From Asterionella formosa (lineage: Eukaryota): a DNA stretch of 54,806 nt. Positions 1 through 10,111 of this stretch are shown here, in pieces. The number at the start of each line of letters is the position of its first letter. Position 1 is the first letter of the stretch. The translations under genes and the position numbers were made by a program. Where the stretch lies: assembly GCA_002256025.1 (NCBI GenBank), contig NKIB01013611.1, forward strand, positions 1-54,806. Reading direction: 5' to 3'. The notes beneath the pieces are model-generated. The model did no database searches and was not told the DNA's origin. It saw only the letters and a program-made list of their open reading frames with translations.

Positions 1-1479
1 TGCTTCCAAAGCATCCAGAAGTCACAGAGATATAGCTTCAAATGCTCCGCGAATGAATGGAAAGGCGATTTCGATGATTATTTCGAGGAAAATCAAGAGC
101 TCCTGATTTCTGACCTGTTTCCTCAGGTGGCAAAGCCCGAGGATCGCTCGGGGACACAAGTGAGACAATTCATTCTGGGGCAAGATGTGGTGCTCTCAAA
201 TTACGTAGGCAGCATGGGGTTTGATGAGGTGACAGACTGGGAATACTATCGACAAGACGAGGATGGCAATGATAGGAAGGCAGTGCAGCCCAATCCTATG
301 GATCCATCACAGCCGAAACGCACGAGAGCATCGAGTGGGAGTGTTGTTAGAATTTTCAGAGGAGAATTTGTTGGGGCTCTTGGAGCGTCCGTACGAGCGC
401 AGGGATTGGACAAGAGAGTGTTAGTAAAGGAGTTCACAGGGCAATTAGCATTGGACCTCGCTCGAGCAGAATGGATGGCGGTGGGGAAGCTCCAATCCAA
501 TTTGGTTGCCAAGGGGGTGGATTGGATCCAAGCTGCTTCCTCGCGCTCCGTTTTGTCTCGAACAGACAATCAAAACGTTGTGATGTTGTGCCAGAAACTT
601 ATCAAGTCGCCCTACCTTGGGATCCTCGGTGAAGTCAACTTGGCAGAGTTGGAAGGCAACATGGAGCCCAATGAATTCTACCGAGCTCTGGGTGTCCCTC
701 CGCCAAAACCAAATGCGATTTGGATTGTCTATGAATACGCTGGTCTCACTTCGCTCCAGCTATACTGTTTGCCACCCTCCATTCGTCGCGCAAATTTGCC
801 TCCGAAGCGAGGACTTCTTGGATATCAGGGCCAACCTCCTTTGCCACTATTTCAAGATCGCGCAAGATACGTCAAGGCCATTATAAAGCAAATACTGAAT
901 GCACTAGCGGAGCTGCACGAGGCTGGAATCGCCCACAAATCTATCGGTAGGTCCTCGATTATCCTATCCAGCACAGAAATGGATAAGACTGTGGCGTCAA
1001 ATGTATTCACGACAAATCCGTCTCAGCTGGTAGTCAAGTTGGCCGACTTTGGATTCTCGACTGAGTTGGGAGTCTATGACACTGATCTACAAGGCCGCGC
1101 TCGAACCTTTGGAATTAAAATAAGGACACCAGAAAATGCGGTTCCATTCATGCAAGCAGAAGATTTACATGCATTAGGCTTTGTCATTGTTGGCCTTCTC
1201 TTGACATCACTAGCAGACATCGAAACACCAGACATAAAAATGCCGGCAACTGACGAAGATTCGATTCAAAGACTTTTGGGTGATATTTTTGACAAGGATC
1301 TTGAACAATTTCGGGACTACCTGGATGCCGAAGAAGGTATTTGGTCGAACTTGGTTGAGTGGCTAGATGCCGAGGACGGTTGGACCATGTTGGAAGGATT
1401 ATGGCTAGCACGAGAGCAAGTCGCAGCAGGCAAACCAGCGACAGCACGAGACTTGTTACAGCTTCCTTTCTTTCGCTAG
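1..1479 (+). CDS. Protein kinase-like (probable pseudokinase) resembling the kinase domain of plant fibrillin-11/PAP14; 5' partial
   Basis: Frame is open from base 1 to TAG at 1477-1479. Kinase motifs VLVKEF, IVYEY, LAELHEAGIAHKS (HRD replaced), VKLADFGFS. C-lobe SIQRLLGDIFDKDLEQFRDY...WLDAEDGWTML resembles FBN11 kinase as recalled. Confidence 0.8.
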   Translation, partial: CFQSIQKSQRYSFKCSANEWKGDFDDYFEENQELLISDLFPQVAKPEDRSGTQVRQFILGQDVVLSNYVGSMGFDEVTDWEYYRQDEDGNDRKAVQPNPMDPSQPKRTRASSGSVVRIFRGEFVGALGASVRAQGLDKRVLVKEFTGQLALDLARAEWMAVGKLQSNLVAKGVDWIQAASSRSVLSRTDNQNVVMLCQKLIKSPYLGILGEVNLAELEGNMEPNEFYRALGVPPPKPNAIWIVYEYAGLTSLQLYCLPPSIRRANLPPKRGLLGYQGQPPLPLFQDRARYVKAIIKQILNALAELHEAGIAHKSIGRSSIILSSTEMDKTVASNVFTTNPSQLVVKLADFGFSTELGVYDTDLQGRARTFGIKIRTPENAVPFMQAEDLHALGFVIVGLLLTSLADIETPDIKMPATDEDSIQRLLGDIFDKDLEQFRDYLDAEEGIWSNLVEWLDAEDGWTMLEGLWLAREQVAAGKPATARDLLQLPFFR

Positions 1480-1650
1480 AAAAGGGGTTTTTGTCATATC
1501 ATGAAGGACTTGTCATTCCTACTGTTCTCGTTTTTAACCTGCCCTCCTACAGGAGTGCACCCGGGAGTATAGGAAGCTACATAGATAGATTTAATTGTGA
1601 AACTAGGAAAAAATATTCAATTTCCTTTTTTGATACAGCGTGATATGCTT

Positions 1651-2646
1651 TTACTCTAACACCACTTCTTTCTTGGCGTCACCGAATACTGCCTTTGAAA
1701 TTCCATCGAACAAGTTTTCTGGCGCTACAAGTGCATCGTCCAATTCTTGTTTCGTGGGTTGAGTGACAAATTTTCTATCCTTGATGAAGCCTGCCTTTTT
1801 GAGTCTCATAGCTTGTGGATTCTCTAGCAGTGTATAGCTGTTACCATCTGCGTTTAGAATAACGACTTGGCGGTCAAATGGTCCAAAGGAAGCGGACTGG
1901 AGAGAAGGAAGACATGAGTTTGTGTGATCCATTTACGAATGTATAGCATCGGATGCAACGCCTCAAGAACTACATAATCCAACATGGCACACGACCAAAA
2001 AAACTCACTTGATCATTTTCCAATGTCTTTCTTCGCACAATGGAATCATTCTTCTCCTTATTGTCCTCTGTTTGCTGTCTTAGTTTGGCAATTAGAGCGT
2101 TCCCTTCTGTTTCCTTTTCCAGAGCCTCAGCATCCTTGCGTTGCTTGACCATTAGTGCAGGGTCCTTGAAGTACCGCTTGGCCCTGTCATTGTCATTCAA
2201 TTCTGTTCGAACTTCTGTCTCCAAGCAAGCTCCCAGAGGTCCTCGTTTTTTGCAAATCTTGATTGGAATGAAACAAAAACATTAATACCAAATATGGTGC
2301 CACAATGCTGTTTTGACTCACACACAATTCCTAGTAGTAGTCTTTGGTCCATCAAGCAACGATGATGGAAAATACCACTCACCATTACGGATTCTCCTGT
2401 AAAGAGCGTCGGTGCCTCTGTCTCCCTTCCAATCTCATCTGCCCAAGCTGGAGCTGCTACGACCAGTGACGCTACCAGCACTGCCGATCCCAAGAATTTG
2501 CTCCAAACGTCCACAACTTTAGTGGTACTAGCAGCAAGATCTACATGGCGAGGACTAGGTCGGGTATTAGGTGGTGCAAAGGATGCCACCAAAGTCACTG
2601 CAAGTAGGATGAAAAGAGGCCTCGCCGCCGTCGTTCTAGTTGCCAT
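1651..2646 (-). CDS. Plastid, probably thylakoid-lumen, protein; exons 2646-2383, 2257-2009, 1896-1651
   Basis: GTGAGT donors and AG acceptors join three exons in frame. Signal peptide + VASFAP motif, then a second hydrophobic stretch ending A-W-A (lumen peptidase-type site). Confidence 0.75.
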
Positions 2647-3411
2647 GATGTTGATGATGTGAGTGTAAACGTGTAAGTAATATATCGGTCATTATAGTAC
2701 CAGGTACCGTACCTGGTATCGTACATAGATGAGCGAACATAAATTCATATTTCGGTACCTGAATATGAATTTGTATTGTAGCAATACACATATTAACCTA
2801 GGTAGTATGTGTGCTACAGACTAGCAGGAGAGTTGCCGTAAACGAGGGTACCTGGTACTTACTATCCGGAATATACAGCTAAAATGCTGCTCACAGCAAC
2901 TTGGACGGGGGGTACCAGGTACCAGGTACCTGGTACGGTAACTGCTTGTAGGTAAGGTAGACGGTAACATGGTGCCGGTAACAGGTACCGGTACACCAGA
3001 TACTTGGTGGTTGCCCATTTTTTCTGACGTATGTGGTCTGGCCACCTCCTCCAAAAGGATCCATCTGAGTGACGATGATGATGGTGTCAAAACGAAAACA
3101 CCGGTATGTAGTAGCTATGTACCGGTATGCCAATAGCGGTAATTGTCGCGATGCAATTGGCAGCCCAACAATGGAGCAACGAGCTGTTTCTCGTTGGTCG
3201 GATTGCTAAAACGCTCTCATAAAGAAAAACATCGTTCGTATCTATCACATGTGTAATTGATTTGAATAATATATGATCAAGCCTTCCTTTTGTGAGGTTA
3301 CAATACATACAAGAAGAAAGATCAAGAAAAGAAGCGACCCCACCCTCGTGTATTGTCATAGAAAGTCGCACCGAAACCGTACAACAACGAAACAAACCTG
3401 CTATTGCTATA

Positions 3412-3906
3412 ATGATCCGACAAATCACGCCCCTGTTCTTCCTTATGAGCATCAGCGTCCTCTTGTTGGCTATTTCGGTCACTTCCTTTTCGATGCTACC
3501 ACAACACACAAGAACTGGCACTAATAGTTTTATGACTACATCAACAGCAAGATTTATGATTTTACAAGACACGCACGGCAATAACATTGCCGTCGGCAGT
3601 GTCGTTCGAATCAGCGCTCCCAACCTGAAAGCATATCAAGTCCAACCCAAGGCCTTTGGTCAATTTCAAGACGGTAAATTTGTGCCCTTGTCTTCGGAGA
3701 GCAAGGAACGAAGCATGAAGAATTTGGTCCTACCAGTTGGTATGAGGGGTGTTGTGACAAAGGTGTACGATTCTGAGGGGGCTGTGTCGTCGAATCTACC
3801 CGTTCAAGTCAAATTCGTCCCAGGCCAACATGTGGAGGAAGGCTTTGATCCGCCAGTGCCCTTCCTGATGCACTTTGAAACGTTTGAGATTGACGCCGTG
3901 GTGTAA
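3412..3906 (+). CDS. Ferredoxin-thioredoxin reductase variable (alpha) chain, plastid-targeted
   Basis: VGSVVRI...GMRGVVTKV...SSNLPVQVKF...FLMHF..FEI matches the FTR variable-chain pattern; N-terminal signal peptide + TSF. Confidence 0.8.
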   Translation: MIRQITPLFFLMSISVLLLAISVTSFSMLPQHTRTGTNSFMTTSTARFMILQDTHGNNIAVGSVVRISAPNLKAYQVQPKAFGQFQDGKFVPLSSESKERSMKNLVLPVGMRGVVTKVYDSEGAVSSNLPVQVKFVPGQHVEEGFDPPVPFLMHFETFEIDAVV

Positions 3907-4136
3907 AACAGGGTGAGATGCATGAGACGAGCCTGCTAAATAAAATAAATAAGATGAAAGCATGTGAAAGCACAAACTCCATGGTAGCACCAAGCATGGA
4001 ATGGAAACAAAAGTGGACGTGTATAGATCCAGTAATGTTATTCTCTCAACAATTACAACAAAGAATAGAATACATCTTCAACATGCAGCATGATATTTAA
4101 CTTCTTTGAAAATTTCAAGTCGTACATTGAGTCACA

Positions 4137-4811
4137 TCAACGAAATCTCTCGTCAGAAAAATGCTCTCGACTTTGACGTTCATAATGTCTTTCCATAATA
4201 GACGCCAACAATGTATGATGTCCCACATTGAGATCCATGACTTGAGTAAATTCTGCAACAAACTGTGCTCCACTTCTACCCGGAGTTGTCAACGAGGAGA
4301 AGGGATACGAACTCAGTGGTGAATGTCCAGCATTTGAACTCGACCGTGGTCGATGGGGAAGGTTCCGCTGATGGACAAAGGGTTTGGGATTCCTACCGTC
4401 GGCGACGTCTTCCTCGCTCATGGATCGTTCGCAGGAATCCTTTTCCTTTAGCTTGGCTCTCAACTCATCATTTTCGAGTTCCAAACGTTGAATCCTTTCG
4501 TCTCGTTCACCTAGTGCTTGCTTGAGTGTTCCTACAGTTTCATTCCAATCATTCTTGTCGTTGTTCTTCATGCTTGGATCGTTGTTTCGGATTTCATTCA
4601 CAAAGAAAGGAGGGGATTGAACCGGATTTCCATGTGCATAACGACGAGTACTATCAGCAACAGTAGTCTCGGAGTGACCGTGGGGAGTTGAAGCAAACAA
4701 GGTGTGATCCTTGTCCGCATTGTCGACTTGTCGAAGGTCGGATCCCTTACTGGGATTTTCCCCATGGAAATTCCACATGGGATCATCCTCGAATGAAACA
4801 CTATGGTACAT
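4137..4811 (-). CDS. Hypothetical protein with central coiled coil
   Basis: Long ORF; heptads LKQALGERDERIQRLELENDELRAKLKE. Start at MYHSVSF chosen because the upstream ORF part runs through GTAC-rich non-coding-looking DNA. Confidence 0.6.
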   Translation of the reverse strand: MYHSVSFEDDPMWNFHGENPSKGSDLRQVDNADKDHTLFASTPHGHSETTVADSTRRYAHGNPVQSPPFFVNEIRNNDPSMKNNDKNDWNETVGTLKQALGERDERIQRLELENDELRAKLKEKDSCERSMSEEDVADGRNPKPFVHQRNLPHRPRSSSNAGHSPLSSYPFSSLTTPGRSGAQFVAEFTQVMDLNVGHHTLLASIMERHYERQSREHFSDERFR

Positions 4812-5826
4812 CCCAGGCTGATGTGAGTAAATGTGGAGGCTGGGGACTAGTCTCCAGGTACCGGAGAAAGTGGTATTTATTTTACCACGTGTATCCTCGT
4901 CCAGAAGGACTAAAGATTGAATATAAATACAGTACTGGCATGTCATATTGGTGGAGTACCGTATTTGAGCCATATGTTACCCGCCTGGTACCAGTACCAG
5001 TACCTGTTCTTTCATTTCATGCTCATACTGGTAAACCGAACATACCGGTACATACACTTGACCTAATATTTATTTACCGGGATTCCGGTAGACATACCGG
5101 TAGTCGACCGATAGAACCGGTATGATTCTTCCCTCCTACCGGTACCAATATGACTACAGAAAACAAATCTTTTAGTTATACAATAATGTGGTTGCATTGT
5201 CAACAACCAACCTTTTGTGTCCTTTCTTTGCTGATTCCTTGATTTTTAAACATTCTGGCGCACTCATGGATCCTACACAGTTGCTCTTCAGGCAATGGCA
5301 TCATCACAGGTATGTATTATTGGCATACAATATTATTATTCCATTTGCTGGTTCTGTCATTTTTGTTTTTATTTTTTTCTCACAGCCATAGTATCATCAA
5401 CACCCTATCCTAGAACCAATGGAAATCCTTGCTACTCTAGCAATGCTTGCAGGTCAAATTGAAGATCACAATATGCTTCTCAATTACAGCGAAAAGAACT
5501 TCATTAAATATTTTCGCCTTCTCGAGTGTGAAGTTTCCTTTTCATTGCACCAAGTGACCAAACAACTTGGAGTACATAAGCAAGCAAGTTCAGACAGATT
5601 TCCAGTCGAGCTTGCAAACATTCAAGCTACTAGACGAATCAAATGAAGATTAAGCTGGACGAAATATCAGATAGTAGTCCATGGAGGCAGTGGTTTGCCA
5701 ATCTTTGCTTTCGCAAACTTCACCACTTTTATGATGTCACAAGGATCTGTCTCATTATATTGGCTGGTAGTAGACATGACTTACAGTAAAATAAGTCGAC
5801 TTTGGGTTTACCACACTCCCATCAAA

Positions 5827-6108
5827 CACACGAGATTATTCCGGGTGAGACATTGAGCCAGACAATGTAGACTATTCAGAAGGCCAATAGTTTGATCTTA
5901 TGATGAATGGTTATAAACCAACTATCAATGAATAAGAGTTAGACATCAGTCTATCTATGAAAGTATAATTTTAAAAAAAGCAAACGACATGTGGATATTA
6001 GTTTGCTTGATTATTCAAATGGAACAAACCTAAAAACTAGCTTAAAAGCTCACAATAACAAAATAGCAAAAGAGAAATGAACATCTTTGTTTATTGATAG
6101 GTCTGCCA
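5827..6108 (+). repeat. Dispersed repeat family A, copy 1
   Basis: Colinear blocks shared with 44167-44460: gagcc.gaca, gtagactatt, aatggttataaacc, gtctatctatgaa, tagtttg.ttgatta.tcaaa, ctcacaataa. Confidence 0.8.
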
Positions 6109-6452
6109 GTATCTGGAAAACGAAAGCAATAATTTATCAAGCTGGTACCATACTCTGGGTAGGAATACCCGGTAGGTAGTGTACTTCATGGCTGCAGGAA
6201 GGTCTGGTAGTGCATGTTTTTTTCGCACCTTTTCAGTTTACAATTCACTTCCAATGATTCATAACATGGCTGCCGGATCAGATAGGCCAGCTTTCGATGG
6301 TTAAATAATTTTGGAAAACGATAATCTTATTGACCGTGACAATTTTCAGAATCAAACTCTGAACATCATAACTCGGATTTGCTGCCTGATCAACACCTTC
6401 AGCAAAAAGTCTTTTAGCTTCGGAATACAAATAGGAATAATTCTAGTACGCT

Positions 6453-6550
6453 TAGAACTTGCTGACTACGAATAGAATTTGCCAACAAAGAATAGAATTT
6501 TCTGACAATGACTAGAACTTGAGGGCGAATACCAAGAATAGATTTTCTGA
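6453..6550 (+). repeat. Degenerate 20-bp minisatellite, block 1
   Basis: Units tagaacttgctgactacgaa / tagaatttgccaacaaagaa / tagaattttctgacaatgac / tagaactt... Confidence 0.75.
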
Positions 6551-6914
6551 AGACCGTTATGCAAATGAAGTACCGGTATATAAATGAAAATACACAGCTA
6601 TGTACTATATACCCCTAATAGCCATGCTAATACTACTGCTAGCTATTCATTGAACATACATTACGTTATATCTATAGAAATAGTAGTAACAGTCATTCTT
6701 ATCACGCCTGATTCAATAGCGTAGTACAAGGTACCACCTGGTACCGCCGGCATATTTCTTGCAAATATCATACAGATCACATCTACTATGGCTTATAGAC
6801 ATACATACTACTAGAATATACTGTATGCTCAGGGTAGCCCTTGCAGACGATAGTATATAATTATATAGCTTAGATGTTGCGATTTGTTTCTATATAAAAA
6901 CGCTACAGTGTAGG

Positions 6915-7210
6915 AGTAGTAGTTCTTGTGAGCGGCTTGAGAATCCTGCATCATGCAGTCTCCGCCCGCCTGATCATGACGAAAATAATGAATTTCTTCA
7001 CGAAAAATGAGAATGATGCTTTGCTTTTGGGTACATAAATCATACAATCGTAAAATAATAATTGTCATAAAACTAATATTTAGAGTGGAAATTGAATTCG
7101 TCGATGGCGCATTTCTTCATGTAGTTTAGGCGATACAGCCACAATTCAAAATGACGACGACGTTGTGACAACCAAGATTTAACAGTTTCACAGCATGCAA
7201 CAGGCTACAC
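6915..7210 (+). repeat. Dispersed repeat family B, copy 1
   Basis: Shares in order gaaaaatgagaa.ga.gctttgct, actaatatt, atggcgcattt, cacaattcaaa, tttcacag with 40283-40595. Confidence 0.75.
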
Positions 7211-7330
7211 TACAGTAATCTGTAGGTTGATCCAAAGTTTGCCTGATTCTCTACTTATCAATAGATCAATTAATAGTCCATTGATATTTTCAAATGACTC
7301 TTTAATTTATGAGTACTGATCCAGTTGACG

Positions 7331-7443
7331 ACAAATTTGCTGACAACAACAAGAAATTGCTGACTATGACTAGAAATTGCAGACTATGACTAGAATTTGC
7401 TGACTACAAATAGAATTTGCTGACTATGACTAGAAGTTACTGA
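7331..7443 (+). repeat. 20-bp minisatellite, block 2 (about 5-6 units, consensus TAGAAwTTGCTGACTATGAC)
   Basis: Directly visible tandem units with 20-bp period. Confidence 0.9.
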
Positions 7444-8189
7444 GCAATTTGTGAACTCTATAACCAAACCATTTTCCAGTTCCTGAATAGCTACTGTCAC
7501 CTGCAGAAGTAGTTGAACACGATTTCAATGATCAGAAGACAACTTGGATTTATTGAATGATAATTTAACAGTATAGAAAGGCACTTATGACATTTTGGAA
7601 TGGAAAGCCAGCCTAACCCTTCAAGTAGGCATGGGACAAACCATTGGGAATGATTCAAAACTGAAGAACTGCGCATAAAACTTGCACTACTACTGGACCT
7701 ACCAACATGGGATCGACCTCCCCATGCACAGCAACGCATAACTCAACGCATGATTATACGACGCCGAACAGTACCTGGTACCCTGGTACCGGTAAATGCC
7801 CTGGTACTGAGATTATTTCTGCCATACCGGTAGTAGAGTAATACCGGTATTACGTACATACGGCATCCGATAATAGCCATCACGCTAGCCAATCTGGTGT
7901 CCAACATCACATACGTCGGCCTTCTCGTCGTTCCTCCCCTGATGAGGCTTGCTTTCCCATGGTTGGTTGAAGGTACCCTACATCATTTACTGTATACCGG
8001 TAGTAAAATTCATTTGATGTCATGTAGCATCATGATGCAGTGACACACGAGATTGTATTTTAGGAGGTGTTGTTCGTTTTCTCTGTTTTCTTTTCGTCAG
8101 TTCAATTCTGTCGTTCTGCATATTTGTGTCACCCTCGCCATTGCATTTCCTGATTGTACGACTCCTGCTCCACTGCACAGGCTCCGAAG

Positions 8190-9321
8190 ATGGCGTACCG
8201 CACTGCAAATGTACTTGTGGTCCTCAGTCTGTTATTGGCAACTACTGGCCCTGCCTCAGTAAATGCCTTTGTCTCGCCGCGGCCATGTTGCTCCAGAGAA
8301 AACGCCATACTTGCAGCCTCCATCGTTGCACGTCCGCAGCAGGATGTGAGCTACATCCTTTCAAGAGAGCAAGTGAAGCCACTGATCACCCTCAAGGAAG
8401 GCACTCCCAAAGAAAAAGTTATTAATTCTTTTGGGCTGTTGACTCTTTTTATTAGTATGATCACTGGCCCCGTGTGGATGATGGCCATGATGTTGGTGGA
8501 TGCCGTCTGCAAGGCAAACGAAGATCTGGATCCCAACCGAGCTTTCTTTGATGGAACTGGAAAGATATGGTCCAAGGTCTGGCTGGGATTGTCAAATTCA
8601 TATCCCACAATTACTGGAGAAGTCGAAGCCCTACGAGCCGGCCATGGCCCGTGTTTGTATGTTGCCAACCATGCGAGTTGGTTGGATATACCGGTGCTAT
8701 GCACTGTGTTAGATCCAGTCTTCAAGTTTATCGCCAAGAGTGAGCTAGAGAATGTGCCATGTATTGGACAGCAACTCAAGGGGGTAAGTTACGTGATCAT
8801 TCGTGCTAGAACTGTATCATGTTCCTATCGCATTATTGCGTTTGCTAACCACCTACTTCGTCGTTTTCTAGGGTAAGCACATCTTGATCGACCGTGAAGA
8901 CCGTAGGTCCCAACTAAGAACCTTCAAGGAAGGGGTTGCATGGCTCAACAAGGGTGTCCCACTCATGGCCTTTCCAGAGGGAATGCGATCACTTGATGGT
9001 CGTCTCATGGAATTCAAGGGGGGTATCTTTTCCATGGCCACTAGGAGCAAGGTGCCCATTATCCCCATATCTGTCAGCCATACACATGCCATAATGCCAA
9101 GTAATGCACTATTTCCTGTACAATCAGGTAGAGGAAAGCTTCGAGTTCATGTGCATGCTGCGATTCTAACAGAAGGAAAGACAGAAGAAGAGTTAGAAGA
9201 ATTGGTACGAGTTGCACTTTTGTCAGAATTGCCTATGAATCAGCACCCGCTGCCAAAGAAGGATACTACAGATGAAGGAGGACAAGAAGAAGACAAGAGG
9301 GTCTTGGAAACCATTCAGTGA
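8190..9321 (+). CDS. Plastidial 1-acyl-sn-glycerol-3-phosphate acyltransferase (LPAAT, PlsC family); exons 8190-8783, 8872-9321
   Basis: NHASWLD (HxxxxD), FIAK, IDR and FPEG motifs; signal peptide + VNAFVS; GT-AG intron restores frame. Confidence 0.92.
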
Positions 9322-10111
9322 AAAGCTGAAGTGCTAGCTAGTGATTGTGTGTAAATAAAAATCTACCAAATCAATTTTTTTTATGTTTTTCTTAGTTTAC
9401 AGCTCAAAATAGCCGGTTTTGTGTCATCAAATTCTGTTGCTGGGTTGTAGTTTCATCAGCTAAAATTTTGATTCTATGGCGCTCAGTATTTGTCCACTTC
9501 ACAGCAGTGTTTGTAACCTAATTTTGAAAATCAATGCTCTTATTCCTCAATCATGTAATACTGTATTTTTTCGCTCATTGAAACTATATCAAAAAGCTCA
9601 TGATGATTTTTATAAAGCTACCATTATGCAATTATAATTGTGACTAGTGAAAAGACACAAATATTTCTATGCACTTTACATCGTTACAATTGGTCATGGT
9701 TATTCATTGAAATTGTTATGCAAACAAGGGAAAACCACATCATGTTGCTAGCCCTTCATGCTGAGTGCATGTCATCATTTTTCCAGAAAGCCTCAGCCAA
9801 AACTACACATAAAACACTCCTGAGGCCCATACAAGCCTAGCTCATTCCAACAGGCAGTTAATAAGGTACTCGTACTTACTTTAAGTACCATAGTCTATTA
9901 TAACATCACTATGGATGTGAAGACTGACTTTTTTGCTTTCGAGATGTTCAGCATCTGACTGCTGCTCCAAACTCTGACAACTTGTTGCAATCTAAAGACA
10001 CTGGCACATTACCAGACAATAACCTGCTGTTGATTCAACAGGTCCCTTGTATTTGCACTGCTTCAATTGTTGTGTTTTCTACTCAGTCCCCTCCTTTTCC
10101 ACAACGCTAGG

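Noticed and set aside
2821..3133. Short ORFs rich in VPGT/YQVP/RYLVP, also at 13710-13999 and 43927-44229
   Set aside because: Translation artefacts of the GGTACC/ACCWGGT clusters.
5188..5800. Possible second Harbinger remnant (NFIKYFRL, LAGSRHD)
   Set aside because: Only two short motifs in different frames; too weak without a search.
7331..7443. CRISPR-like array
   Set aside because: Units are contiguous with no unique spacers, eukaryotic context, no cas genes.
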